Notes: generated by a model from the letters alone, not told the origin. A DNA stretch of 64,000 nucleotides from Candidatus Multivoradales bacterium (GCA_965248055.1 CBDFIJ010000004.1:3232001-3296000), one strand, 5' to 3'; shown: positions 49,544-59,424, counted from the stretch's first letter. A program made the numbers and translations.

Positions 49544-51471
49544 TGGCTTTCAACGGCACACTCGACCCGCAGGTACCCGACTATCCGATAGAGGAGATGT
49601 GGCGCCGCACTCGCTTTGACCTCAAGCTGGTCAACCCCGCCAACAAACGCAAGTTCAACATCATCGTCGTCGGCTCTGGCTTGGCCGGCGCTGCCGCCTC
49701 GGCGACCTTGGCGGAACTCGGCTATAACGTGCAGTGCTTCTGCTACCAAGACTCGCCACGCCGGGCTCATTCGATCGCCGCCCAAGGCGGCATCAATGCC
49801 TCCAAGAACTATCAAAACGATGGCGACTCGGTATGGCGGCTGTTCTACGACACCGTCAAAGGCGGTGACTTCCGCTCCCGCGAGGCCAACGTCTATCGCT
49901 TGGCTGAAGTCTCCGGCAACATCATTGACCAAGCGGTGGCCCAAGGCGTCCCCTTCGCTCGTGAATATGGCGGCGCGCTTGATAACCGCTCCTTCGGCGG
50001 CGCCCAGGTGTCGCGCACCTTCTACGCCCGCGGCCAAACCGGGCAACAACTGTTGCTCGGCGCCTATCAAGCTCTGGCACGGCAGATCGGCTTGGGCAAA
50101 GTCGAGATGCACACCCGCACCGAGATGCTCGACGTTATTACTCATGAAGGCCAAGCCTGCGGCATCGTCACCCGCGACATGGTGGGCGGCGAGATCCGTT
50201 CTTGGACCGCCGACGCGGTGGTGCTGGCCACCGGTGGCTACGCCAACGTTTTCTATCTCTCGACCAACGCCAAGGGCTGCAACGTCACCGCGGCTTGGCG
50301 CGCGCACCGTCGCGGCGCCCTGTTTGCCAACCCTTGTTATACCCAGATTCATCCCACCTGCATTCCCCAGGCGGGCGACTACCAGTCCAAGCTCACCTTG
50401 ATGAGTGAATCTTTAAGAAACGACGGTCGCATTTGGGTACCCAAGAACAAGGACGAAGACCGCAAACCAGTCGATATTCCGGAAGACCAGCGCGACTACT
50501 TCCTCGAACGCCGCTATCCGGCCTTCGGCAACCTGGTGCCCCGCGACGTCGCCTCCCGCGCCGCCAAGACCATCTGCGATGAAGGTCACGGTGTCGGCGC
50601 CAGTGGCCGCGGCGTCTACTTGGACTTTGCCGATGCCACCAACCGGCTCGGGCGCGACGCCATCGAAGATCGTTACGGCAACCTGTTTGACATGTACCAC
50701 GACATCACCGGTGAGGACCCGTACAGCTCGCCGATGCGCATCTACCCGGCACCGCACTACACCATGGGCGGCCTGTGGGTGGACTACAACCTGATGACCA
50801 CCGTGCCCGGCCTCTACGCCATCGGCGAATGCAACTTCTCAGATCACGGTGCCAATCGTCTGGGGGCTTCAGCACTGATGCAGGGGCTGGCCGACGGCTA
50901 CTTCGTACTGCCCAACACCATCGGCAACTATCTCTCTGAGCGCATGGGCGAAGAAGTGATCTCAACCGACCACGACGCCTGCAAGGCGGTCGAGGCCGAC
51001 GTCCGTGAACGCACCGAGCGCTTGCTCTCGGTCAACGGCAGCCGCTCGGTGGATTCCTTCCACCGCGAGCTGGGCAAGATCTGCTGGGACTTGATCGGCA
51101 TGTCCCGTGACAGTGAAGGCCTCAGAGAAGCCTTGGAAAAGATCCCCACTCTGCGCGAGGAGTACTGGCAAAACGTCAAAGTGCTGGGCAACAACCAGTC
51201 GTTCAACCAGGCCCTAGAAAATGCTGGACGCGTCGCCGACTTCTTTGAACTTGCCGAACTCATGGCACGCGACGCCTTAGACCGCGACGAATCCTGTGGC
51301 GCCCACCTGCGGTTGGAACACCAGACCCCCGGAGGCGAGGCTGAGCGCAACGACCAGGACTACTCCTACTCAGCCGCCTGGGAATACACCGGCCCCGGCA
51401 ACGAACCCAACCTGCACAAAGAACAGCTCGAATTCGAGAACGTACATCTGGCTAGCAGGAGCTACAAGTGA
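49543..51471 (+). CDS. sdhA: Succinate dehydrogenase/fumarate reductase flavoprotein
   Basis: [38 protein letters not shown]. Confidence 0.96.
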   Translation: MAFNGTLDPQVPDYPIEEMWRRTRFDLKLVNPANKRKFNIIVVGSGLAGAAASATLAELGYNVQCFCYQDSPRRAHSIAAQGGINASKNYQNDGDSVWRLFYDTVKGGDFRSREANVYRLAEVSGNIIDQAVAQGVPFAREYGGALDNRSFGGAQVSRTFYARGQTGQQLLLGAYQALARQIGLGKVEMHTRTEMLDVITHEGQACGIVTRDMVGGEIRSWTADAVVLATGGYANVFYLSTNAKGCNVTAAWRAHRRGALFANPCYTQIHPTCIPQAGDYQSKLTLMSESLRNDGRIWVPKNKDEDRKPVDIPEDQRDYFLERRYPAFGNLVPRDVASRAAKTICDEGHGVGASGRGVYLDFADATNRLGRDAIEDRYGNLFDMYHDITGEDPYSSPMRIYPAPHYTMGGLWVDYNLMTTVPGLYAIGECNFSDHGANRLGASALMQGLADGYFVLPNTIGNYLSERMGEEVISTDHDACKAVEADVRERTERLLSVNGSRSVDSFHRELGKICWDLIGMSRDSEGLREALEKIPTLREEYWQNVKVLGNNQSFNQALENAGRVADFFELAELMARDALDRDESCGAHLRLEHQTPGGEAERNDQDYSYSAAWEYTGPGNEPNLHKEQLEFENVHLASRSYK

Positions 51472-51493
51472 CTGTCGCTTGGGTCAAGCGACA

Positions 51494-51788
51494 GTCATCC
51501 CGAGCGGAGGCCCGAAGGGCCGTAGTCGAGGGATCTAGACTTTGCCCATCCACCGATAACCCCGTTGTCACCCAGAGCGGAGCCGCGAAGCGGCGCAGTC
51601 GAAGGATCTCGGTATTGCTCAACCTCATCATTTTGAGCGAGTCACCCCCTCCGTTATTCTCGCATAGGCGTGCCAGTAGAGCCTGCCCCGGCGGGGGGGG
51701 GGGTGTGAGTAGAGCCGGGGTTATCCTGAGCTCGCGCCCCTTTTGTCATCCCGAGCGTAGGTCCGTAGGACCGCAGTCGAGGGATCTC
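51494..51788 (+). repeat. Cluster of GTCATCC-hairpin-GYAGTCGARGGATCT direct repeats
   Basis: Copies at 51494-51536, 51567-51610, 51745-51788, plus degenerate half-copies. Confidence 0.85.
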
Positions 51789-51829
51789 AAAAGACCGATG
51801 CACCCCAGACCAGCCTTCATGAGAACCCC

Positions 51830-52558
51830 ATGCGCCTAACCCTCGAAATCTGGAGACAACAAAACGCTGACGCCCAGGGCGGCATCGTCCAGTACCAACT
51901 CAACGACGTCTCATCCGACATGTCGTTTCTGGAAATGCTGGACGTCCTAAACGAGCAACTCACCGAACGCGGCGAAGACCCGGTCGCCTTTGACCACGAC
52001 TGCCGCGAAGGCATCTGCGGCATGTGCGGCGTGATGATCAACGGCCAGGCCCACGGCCCGCTGCCCGAAATGACCACCTGCCAACTACATATGCGCCATT
52101 TCTCCGACGGCGACACCATCCGCATCGAGCCCTGGCGCTCCGCCGCCTTCCCGGTCGTGCGCGATCTAGTGGTCGATCGCGGTCCCTTTGATCGGATCAT
52201 CGAATCCGGCGGCTACATCTCCATCGGCACCGGTGCTGCCCCCGACGCCAACTTGATCCCGGTCCCCAAAGACATCGCCGACCAAGCCATGGACGCCGCC
52301 GAATGCATCGGCTGCGGCGCCTGCGTCGCCCAGTGCCCCAATGGCGCCGCCCAGCTCTTCACTGCTGCCAAGGTCTCCCATCTCGGCCTGCTACCCCAAG
52401 GCCAGCCCGAACGCTCTCGCCGAGTGCAGAGCATGGTCGAAACTATGGAGGAGTACTTCGGCTCGTGCTCGAATTACGGGGAGTGCGAGGCAGTGTGTCC
52501 GAAGGGGATTTCGCTGGAGTTTATTGCCAGGATGAATCGGGATTGGGTGCGGGGGTAG
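51830..52558 (+). CDS. sdhB: Succinate dehydrogenase iron-sulfur subunit
   Basis: [38 protein letters not shown]. Confidence 0.96.
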   Translation: MRLTLEIWRQQNADAQGGIVQYQLNDVSSDMSFLEMLDVLNEQLTERGEDPVAFDHDCREGICGMCGVMINGQAHGPLPEMTTCQLHMRHFSDGDTIRIEPWRSAAFPVVRDLVVDRGPFDRIIESGGYISIGTGAAPDANLIPVPKDIADQAMDAAECIGCGACVAQCPNGAAQLFTAAKVSHLGLLPQGQPERSRRVQSMVETMEEYFGSCSNYGECEAVCPKGISLEFIARMNRDWVRG

Positions 52559-52755
52559 GTCGGAACCTGACTCGGAAGCGTGGAATGTCGGGCTACTTCC
52601 GAGCACCGCAAATCAGTCAGAAATACTTCCCCTCCGCTTGATAGCAGTATTCAACTGCGCCATACCTCGACGCGCTGCCTGTCGCGATCAGGCACCCACC
52701 TGTTTCGATGCGATACGATTGAAGCATCCGGGGACGGTGTTAAGAGGCTTTTCCA

Positions 52756-53070
52756 ATGTCACATGCCAAGACCAAGCAGGATGTCCTGCAACGACTTCGC
52801 GCGAATACACCGCGCATTCGTGCGTTGGGCGTGCTGCGCATCGGGCTTTTTGGTTCCTTCACGCGCGATCAACAGAATGAAGGAAGCGACGTCGACCTGA
52901 TCGTGGAATTCGAGCCGGAGCGCAAGAGTTTCGACTCGTTTATTCAACTTTCGTTTTTCCTGGAAGAGCTTCTTGGTAGACGGGTCGACCTCGTGACCAC
53001 TCAAGCGCTTAGCCCCTACATTGGTCCCCATATTCTTGCCGAGGCGGTCTATGCTGACCTCGCCGCTTGA
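52756..53070 (+). CDS. Minimal nucleotidyltransferase (MNT) antitoxin
   Basis: FGS-x10-DVD motif; [13 protein letters not shown]. Confidence 0.9.
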   Translation: MSHAKTKQDVLQRLRANTPRIRALGVLRIGLFGSFTRDQQNEGSDVDLIVEFEPERKSFDSFIQLSFFLEELLGRRVDLVTTQALSPYIGPHILAEAVYADLAA

Positions 53071-53422
53071 CTACCTACGCCATATCCGTGATGAGGCGAG
53101 TTATCTGCTGGATCGCTCCGGTAGCATGGGTAAGGAAGAGTTCTTGCGCGACGAGACGGTGAAACGCGCTTTCGTTCGGAGCATCGAAGTCATTGGCGAG
53201 GCCGCCAAGAAAGTTCCGGCAGAACTGAGAGAGCGGCACACCCAGATCGACTGGCGCGCCATGTCCGGCATGCGGGACCGTCTAATTCACGGCTATTTCG
53301 GTGTCGACTACGAGATCGTCTGGGACGTAGTGGCGAACAAGGTGCCGGAGCTTCATGAGTACATCAACACCATCCTGGAGGAAGGCTCGGACCTGCCGTC
53401 GGGGGAGGAGCGAGCGCCCTGA
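53051..53422 (+). CDS. HEPN (DUF86) ribonuclease toxin
   Basis: [19 protein letters not shown] (Rx4H), VWDVV; overlaps the MNT gene. Confidence 0.9.
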   Translation: MLTSPLDYLRHIRDEASYLLDRSGSMGKEEFLRDETVKRAFVRSIEVIGEAAKKVPAELRERHTQIDWRAMSGMRDRLIHGYFGVDYEIVWDVVANKVPELHEYINTILEEGSDLPSGEERAP

Positions 53423-53425
53423 GAT

Positions 53426-53550
53426 TGGTCGAGACCATAGAGGAGTACTTCGGCTCCTGCACAAACTACGGCGAGTGCGACGCGGTGTGTCCGAAGGGGA
53501 TTGCTTTGGAGTTTATTGCCAGGATGAATCGGGATTGGGTGCGGGGGTAG
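53426..53550 (+). repeat. Orphan copy of the sdhB 3' end (125 bp)
   Basis: Aligns ungapped to 52434-52558; 13 substitutions by hand count. Confidence 0.95.
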
Positions 53551-53558
53551 GGGGTTAG

Positions 53559-53798
53559 GTGTCTCCCACCGTTCGGCGCATCGGACCGTACCGTTTCTTT
53601 TTCTACAGCAACGAAGGCACCGAGCCTTCACATATCCATGTTCAGCGCGATCATCGCGTGGCTAAGTTTCGGCTAGATCCGGTGCGATTGGCGCGTACCG
53701 GGCACTTTCCAGATCACGAAATTCGTGAGGCCGAGGCGTTAGTGCGAGATAATGAAGCCGAACTATTGGAGGCATGGCATGAGTTCTTCGGTCGTTGA
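53559..53798 (+). CDS. DUF4160-family protein
   Basis: MSPTV..GPYRFFFYSNE..EPSHIHV..AKF.L..AWHEFF. Confidence 0.85.
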   Translation: MSPTVRRIGPYRFFFYSNEGTEPSHIHVQRDHRVAKFRLDPVRLARTGHFPDHEIREAEALVRDNEAELLEAWHEFFGR

Positions 53799-54033
53799 GA
53801 AAATTGCCCTGGCGAGCAGGGTAGAAGTTACCGCAACCGATTTGCGGGTGAACTTGGTCGATGGGCGGCAGATTGTGGTGCCCCTCTCGTGGTTCCCACG
53901 ATTGGAGCAGGCGACGCCGGAAGCCAGGAAGAACTGGGAGTTGCTTGGCGGTGGCGAGGGAATTCACTGGCCGGATGCTGATGAGGATTTGAGTGTGGCA
54001 GGGTTGTTGGGTGGGTCGGTGGTTGCTGGATGA
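53779..54033 (+). CDS. DUF2442-family protein
   Basis: LVDGRQIVVPLSWFPRL..AT..GIHWPDADEDLSVAGLL; overlaps DUF4160. Confidence 0.85.
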   Translation: MSSSVVEKIALASRVEVTATDLRVNLVDGRQIVVPLSWFPRLEQATPEARKNWELLGGGEGIHWPDADEDLSVAGLLGGSVVAG

Positions 54034-54043
54034 GCCTAGCGAT

Positions 54044-54206
54044 CCAAGGCCAACCTGAACGCACTCGCCGGGTGCAAAACATGGTCGACACCATGGAGGA
54101 GTACTTCGGCTCCTGCTCGAACTACGGTGAGTGTGAGGCGGTGTGTCCGAAGGGGATTTCGCTGGAGTCTATTGCCCGGATGAATCGGGATTGGGTGCGG
54201 GGGTAG
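54044..54206 (+). repeat. Second orphan copy of the sdhB 3' end (163 bp)
   Basis: Aligns ungapped to 52396-52558; 15 substitutions, 11 synonymous by hand count. Confidence 0.95.
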
Positions 54207-54212
54207 GGGTAG

Positions 54213-54899
54213 ATGGCGGTCGCGTTCGACCGTGAGTTGGCGAGGCCAGTGTATGAAGATCTTGCCCACCTGCAAGAGAATTGGAACCAGCAGGCTACTG
54301 ACGCAGTTCTGCGTCGCGAGAGTACAGTTCTGCGGCGCTTGCTTGTTGACGGGCATTTGTCTCGCGTCGCGAGTAGCATCGGCATCAAGTATCGCCTCCA
54401 AGTAGGCTGTCTTTGTGAGTTCTATACAACGGAGCGGTTAAAGGGCTATGAATATTGGATGGCCCCTTATGTAAAGTACAAGGGCGCGGCAGTTCAAATG
54501 GCGTCTATACGGAACCGGGCGGTAACTGAAAATGAGCTCAAAATCGAGCATGAGGCTCGAAAGGCGTTGGCTGATAAGTCGAAGGCGATCAGCGTACCGA
54601 AGTACCTGCAGTTGCCAGCCATGGTTGTTGAGGGAATCATAGTTAGGCATCAAGGTGTAATTCAGTTTGTATGCAACAAGCTGGGCGGGGCACACTACGA
54701 TCGGAGTCGTAAGAGGCAACGAGATCAACAATTTGTTCTTCTGGACAAGGTTCGGTCCGGCGATTTTCAGGTGCTGGGAAAGGATGCAGTGTACTTACAG
54801 TTGTTAGGTGTCGGCCAGGCAATCGCTACGAATCAAATCACTTATCGGGTGATGTCCCGGCTGAGGAGTATGGGAATCGAACAACCTAGCAAGGATTGA
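54213..54899 (+). CDS. Hypothetical protein (lower GC)
   Basis: 228-aa ORF starting 6 nt after the sdhB-end copy; contains NKLGGAHYD. Confidence 0.65.
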   Translation: MAVAFDRELARPVYEDLAHLQENWNQQATDAVLRRESTVLRRLLVDGHLSRVASSIGIKYRLQVGCLCEFYTTERLKGYEYWMAPYVKYKGAAVQMASIRNRAVTENELKIEHEARKALADKSKAISVPKYLQLPAMVVEGIIVRHQGVIQFVCNKLGGAHYDRSRKRQRDQQFVLLDKVRSGDFQVLGKDAVYLQLLGVGQAIATNQITYRVMSRLRSMGIEQPSKD

Positions 54900-55005
54900 C
54901 TATATCGAGTAGATGTCAGCCGAAATTAGGTGCCACCCGAATAAATGAGATTTGAACGGTTGTACAAAGCATCGTGAAACTCGGACCTCTGGGAATAGGT
55001 GCCAC

Positions 55006-55395
55006 TTATTAGGCGGCGTTATGTCAAGGGGTACATCTTTTCTTTCCGGGTGGGGGGCGTCCCGGTATTGAGTGATCAAAGAAAGGCAGCGCTAGTTTTT
55101 TGGGTCTCATTAAGTAGGAGTCGATGACGCTCCAGCCACTCATCAGGATCTAGGTAGTCGAGTTATCAGTCCTCGGTACCCCAGGCAGTATCGTGCCCCA
55201 GAAACCCGTTGGTCTCGATTCCGTTTCCATGAGAAGGGATTCAGTCGCATGGTTTTCGAGCTAGTAGCTCGATCCAGCCCCTGGTTGGTTGACGGAGTCG
55301 TGCGCCACCGGTGCAAGTAAGAGAGATCGAGGCCGCTTCCACTCAGATGATTGGTTATTAACACAGCATCTTTCTGGTTGGCGGCCTCGATCTCA
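55006..55395 (-). ncRNA. Structured downstream non-coding end of IS110, candidate seek/bridge RNA
   Basis: Stem GAGATCGAGGCCGC...GCGGCCTCGATCTC right after the stop; outward-facing TTGACA near 55022-55027. Confidence 0.5.
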
Positions 55396-56412
55396 TTAGC
55401 CAAACAGCCTTTCGGGCTGGTAAGGCGCTTGATCCCTCATCATGAAGTAAGCAGCGCGTGCGAGCTTGTGGGCAAGAGCCCTGGTGGCGAGAAGGGAGCC
55501 GGATCGAGATCGTTTCTTGTCATGCCATTTGCGTGCTTTGGGCTGCCAACGGACGGCAAAGTGTGCGGCTTCGTGAAATGCCCAGGACAGGTAGGGGTTG
55601 CCGTTCTTGCGCAGTCCATGTCCTTTGATCCGTTGATTGGAGTTTCTCTCGGCTTTGACCAGTCGGCAGTAGGAGACGTAGTTACCCACTTTGGGGAAGC
55701 GATTGATATCTCCGGTCTCATATTGGATGGTCGCAGCAAGAGTCGCTCCGATGCCAGGGATGGAGGTGAGCAAGCGGTAGCTGTCTTCCAGAACTGCCTG
55801 CTCGCTAATGGTCTTTTCGATTATCTCGATTTGTTCATCGAAGGCCTCGATCATCGCCAGCGAAGCGATCATCGAGAGTTGGTCATTTGGATCGTCGATC
55901 CAGTTGCTGATGTCTTTGACGGTGACCTTGTTCAAGGCGTTGGCAGACAGTCGCTTGGCTGTGGTGCGTTCAAGGACATTGCGCAGGCTGAGTTTATTGG
56001 CCGAGCGCTGGCGAACCAGCTGAGTGCGTCGACGCAGAAGATCCCGTACCGCTCGTTTTTCCGGTGGGTAGATCCACCCCGTGGGCAAGATCCCGAGTCT
56101 CAGCATGTGGGCCAGCCACCGGGCGTCGGTTTTGTCGTCGGTATGCTTGAGACCTTGATACTGCTGGGCTGCCAGAGTGTTGACCAAATGCACCTTGTAG
56201 CCCGAGTCCTTAAGACCATCGACCAGCCAATACCAGTTGAAGGTCGATTCAACCGCAATGCCCTCCATCTTTCCAGCATAAGGTTCCAGGCCCGAGCGGA
56301 TGGATTCAAGGTCGTTGCGGTAACGCTTTGCCTTAACCATTTGGTCAGACTCGTCAATAACCGCCAAATAGCTGTTGTTTGCGTGAAGGTCGATCCCGGC
56401 GTACAGTCCCAT
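55396..56412 (-). CDS. IS110-family transposase (IS1111-like layout)
   Basis: GIDLH, VESTFNWYW, HTDDKTDA, SIPGIG, KNGNPYLSWAF, ALAHKLARA. Confidence 0.93.
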   Translation of the reverse strand: MGLYAGIDLHANNSYLAVIDESDQMVKAKRYRNDLESIRSGLEPYAGKMEGIAVESTFNWYWLVDGLKDSGYKVHLVNTLAAQQYQGLKHTDDKTDARWLAHMLRLGILPTGWIYPPEKRAVRDLLRRRTQLVRQRSANKLSLRNVLERTTAKRLSANALNKVTVKDISNWIDDPNDQLSMIASLAMIEAFDEQIEIIEKTISEQAVLEDSYRLLTSIPGIGATLAATIQYETGDINRFPKVGNYVSYCRLVKAERNSNQRIKGHGLRKNGNPYLSWAFHEAAHFAVRWQPKARKWHDKKRSRSGSLLATRALAHKLARAAYFMMRDQAPYQPERLFG

Positions 56413-56430
56413 TGGGTGCTCCTTTGTGGT

Positions 56431-57794
56431 GGATGTGTCCCGAATCTTGTGGAAATTGGTATTTGGCGTAGCGTCTCCCGCGGTCAGGTTTAGTTGATTC
56501 TAGTCCTACGCGGCTGCTTGACGGTCAAGCATCCGGTACAAGTCTTGGTAGCCGTTGATGCGGTGCATCCTGATCTGACCGAAAGCGACGAGTCCCCAGA
56601 GCAAGGTAACACCCGCTGCCTCAGTCGAGAATGAGCCTTGGGTCTTGGTACGGCGCCGAAACTCACGGTTGAGATTCTCCAGCGCGTTGGTGGTCCTTGT
56701 GGATCGCCACAATGATCTCGGTAAATCGTCGAAAGTGATCAGTTCCATCCCAGCCTCTTGGAAGCTCCTGGCTACTGCGGGCACCAGCTTGGACCACTTG
56801 GTAACAAAGATTGAATAACTCTCTCGGGCCTCCAGGGCATCTTGGGCTCGCAGCACTTGATCCCAGTCTCGCTTGAGCTCACCATGAGCATGCTTAGGGC
56901 AATGCTTCTTCAGGTTTTCCCACTTGTGCTGGATACAACGCTGGACTTTGGCCTCTGGCCAAGCCCTGACTCCTACCGCCAAACCCTTGTGGCCGTCTGA
57001 GACCAGGAGATGCGGTGCTTTCAAGCCCCTGCGTTTAAGATCTTCAATCAACCACTTCCAGTGACTGCCTGCCTCACTGGCTGCTAACCGTAGAGCTACC
57101 AGGACTTTGGTGCCATCTTCTCTTACCCCCAGAGCAGCCAACACCGGAGCTGACACCACGCGCCGAGCAAGCCGCACTTTCAAGTGAAAGCCATCAAGAA
57201 ACAAGATCGGGTAGCTTTCCTCAGACAGGCCTCGCTCACTCCAACGGGCAAAGTGCTCCTTCAAACGCGATACCACCCGAGACACAGCGCTCTTGGATAG
57301 ATGCTCCCTGCCCAGCAGTGGAGTCAAGGCCTTCTTGATCCGACGGCTGTTGGCCCCTGCTAGGTAGCAGCCGAGAATCGCTTCATCCACCTCTCGGGTG
57401 CGCCGCTGGTAGCGCTCAACAAGATGGCTTTGAAACTCCTCAGTGGATCCATCTTGGCCTACTACCCGACCACGAGGAATTCGCAGTTGCCGGGATCCGT
57501 ATCGGGTCGTGATCGTCCGCTCTTGTTTGCCGTTGCGATAGCCCGAGCGCTCACCTGAACGCTCGTACGCAACACAACCCAATGCGTCAGCAAGCTCTCC
57601 TTCTAGAACTATTTCGATTGCTTCCCGGATACGGTGCTGAAGCTTTGACTGGATATCTTGCTGGAAACGAGATGATTCCGGTCTCTGATTGGTACTCTTG
57701 TCCATGGCGTAGCCTCCTTTCGCCTACTCGGCGATGGGTTTTGACTACCGGAGGTTACGCCTTTCTCAATTTCCACAACAATCGGGACGGATCC
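56431..57794 (-). mobile_element. IS256-family element with 8-bp target duplication
   Basis: 28-bp imperfect IRs (24/28) at 56431 and ending 57794; TTTGTGGT duplicated at 56423-30 and 57795-802. Confidence 0.93.
56506..57705 (-). CDS. IS256 (Mutator-type) transposase
   Basis: YRNG, LFLDG, LVSDGHKGL, QRCIQH, TTNALENLNREFRRRTK. Confidence 0.93.
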   Translation of the reverse strand: MDKSTNQRPESSRFQQDIQSKLQHRIREAIEIVLEGELADALGCVAYERSGERSGYRNGKQERTITTRYGSRQLRIPRGRVVGQDGSTEEFQSHLVERYQRRTREVDEAILGCYLAGANSRRIKKALTPLLGREHLSKSAVSRVVSRLKEHFARWSERGLSEESYPILFLDGFHLKVRLARRVVSAPVLAALGVREDGTKVLVALRLAASEAGSHWKWLIEDLKRRGLKAPHLLVSDGHKGLAVGVRAWPEAKVQRCIQHKWENLKKHCPKHAHGELKRDWDQVLRAQDALEARESYSIFVTKWSKLVPAVARSFQEAGMELITFDDLPRSLWRSTRTTNALENLNREFRRRTKTQGSFSTEAAGVTLLWGLVAFGQIRMHRINGYQDLYRMLDRQAAA

Positions 57795-57934
57795 TTTGTG
57801 GTTGGCAGTGGATACTTCGGTAAGCCAAAGCTTGTCACTGCGGAGGAGCACCTATCTGAGGACTCCCCTTTCTGCCAACATGAGTGAGACACTTCCCCGT
57901 TCAACAATTAATGTAGGGCGGACGGAGGTAAATC

Positions 57935-58420
57935 ATGTTGAAGATAGATACAAATCGAAGTCTGGTTGGTTCGAGGGAGAGATCCTCGGCCTTACCGGAG
58001 GGGATCGAGGAGCGTAGCGACGAGAGCCCGGTAGGTGAGGCCGTCGCGCTCGACCCGGAGACCCTGGAGAAGCCCTATCGACGGCGTTTTAGCGCCGCGT
58101 ACAAGCTTGGCATTCTGGAGCAGGTTGATGCCTGCACCGCAGCGGGTGAAGTAGGAAGGTTGCTGCGTCGCGAAGGGCTTTACTCCTCACATTTGGCAAG
58201 CTGGCGCAAAGCGCGGCGCGAAGGCTCCCTGGCTGGACTTTCCAAGCGTCGCGGGCGCAAGGCAAAGCCGGTCAATCCCCTGGCCAAGAAAGTCCAGCAG
58301 CTTGAGCGAGAGAATGCGCGCCTTAGCGGTGAGCTTGAGAAAGCTCACTTGATTCTATATGTCCAGGGAAAAGTTGCCGGGCTGCTGGGATTGAGCTTCG
58401 ACGACGGGAAAAGTTCCTGA
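57935..58420 (+). CDS. IS3-family OrfA (HTH plus leucine zipper)
   Basis: RRRFSAAYKL..LLRREGLYSSHLASWR..LERENARL. Confidence 0.85.
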   Translation: MLKIDTNRSLVGSRERSSALPEGIEERSDESPVGEAVALDPETLEKPYRRRFSAAYKLGILEQVDACTAAGEVGRLLRREGLYSSHLASWRKARREGSLAGLSKRRGRKAKPVNPLAKKVQQLERENARLSGELEKAHLILYVQGKVAGLLGLSFDDGKSS

Positions 58421-59424
58421 TGGCCGCAGTAGAGCTATCGAGCACGGTCGGTGTGAAGCCGGCGTGGCAAGCTCTCGGGGTTGCACGGGCCACTTACTAC
58501 CGTCGCCAGAAGCCATCCAATGGGCGAAAGCAGCCCCGACCAACTCCCGCCCGAGCGCTATCGAGCTATGAACGCGACCGAGTACGCGGACTTCTATGCT
58601 CGCCACGATTCGTCGATCGAGCCCCCGCTGAGGTGGTTGCCACCTTGCTCGATGAAGGCACTTATCATTGCTCTGAACGCACGATGTATCGCATTCTGGC
58701 TGCCGACAAAGCAACCAAGGAGCGACGCAACCAATTGCGCCGTCCACGCTATGCCAAGCCGGAGCTGGTGGCGACAGAGCCCAATCAAGTTTGGTCCTGG
58801 GATATCACTAAACTCAAAGGCCCAAAGACTTGGACTTGGTATTACCTCTACGTCTTACTCGATATCTTCAGCCGCTATGTGGTGGGCTGGATGGTGGCAT
58901 CAAGAGAAAGCAGTGCCCTGGCCAAGCGATTGATTCAAGATAGTTGTATCAAGCAGGGCACTGCCCCAGGAGAGCTCATCCTGCATAGTGACCGAGGGTC
59001 ACCAATGACCGCCAAAGGCACTGCCCAGCTCCTGGCTCAGCTCGGCGTCACTCGATCACTTTCCCGACCCAAGGTCCCGGACGACAATCCCTTTTCAGAA
59101 GCCCAGTTTAAGACCCTGAAATACCATCCGGGATTCCCCAGTCGTTTCGGCTCCATCGAAGACGCGCTCAGCTTTTGCCGACCTTTCTTTACTTGGTACA
59201 ACACCGAGCATCGCCACAGCGGGCTCTCGATGATGACCCCGGAAGATGTCCACTACGGACGCACTGTGCAGGTCCTCGACCACAGAACCAGTGTTCTGGC
59301 TGATGTTTTTCTCAATAAACCCGAGCGCTTCGTACGCGGCTGCCCGAAGCCAAAACCATTACCCGACGCTGTCTGGATCAACCCACCAGATCGGGATCGA
59401 TCATCGCTTGGCGATGCTCACTAA
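58420..59424 (+). CDS. IS3-family OrfB DDE integrase
   Basis: PNQVWSWDIT, HSDRG, DNPFSEAQFKTLK, YNTEHRHS. Confidence 0.9.
   Translation: MAAVELSSTVGVKPAWQALGVARATYYRRQKPSNGRKQPRPTPARALSSYERDRVRGLLCSPRFVDRAPAEVVATLLDEGTYHCSERTMYRILAADKATKERRNQLRRPRYAKPELVATEPNQVWSWDITKLKGPKTWTWYYLYVLLDIFSRYVVGWMVASRESSALAKRLIQDSCIKQGTAPGELILHSDRGSPMTAKGTAQLLAQLGVTRSLSRPKVPDDNPFSEAQFKTLKYHPGFPSRFGSIEDALSFCRPFFTWYNTEHRHSGLSMMTPEDVHYGRTVQVLDHRTSVLADVFLNKPERFVRGCPKPKPLPDAVWINPPDRDRSSLGDAH

Noticed and set aside
51468-51839. 123-aa ORF between sdhA and sdhB
   Set aside because: Translation of the repeat cluster and a G-run; no protein-like features.
52396-54206. Diversity-generating retroelement TR/VR pair
   Set aside because: Differences are not adenine-specific, are mostly synonymous, and there is no reverse transcriptase.
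55007-55026. TTAGGCGGCGTTATG resembling an integron attC end
   Set aside because: No matching RYYYAAC arm or intI; better explained as the IS110 right end.
55351-56493. 380-aa plus-strand ORF
   Set aside because: Antisense shadow of the IS110 transposase. The same applies to 2512-3426, 43345-44226 and 49414-50352.
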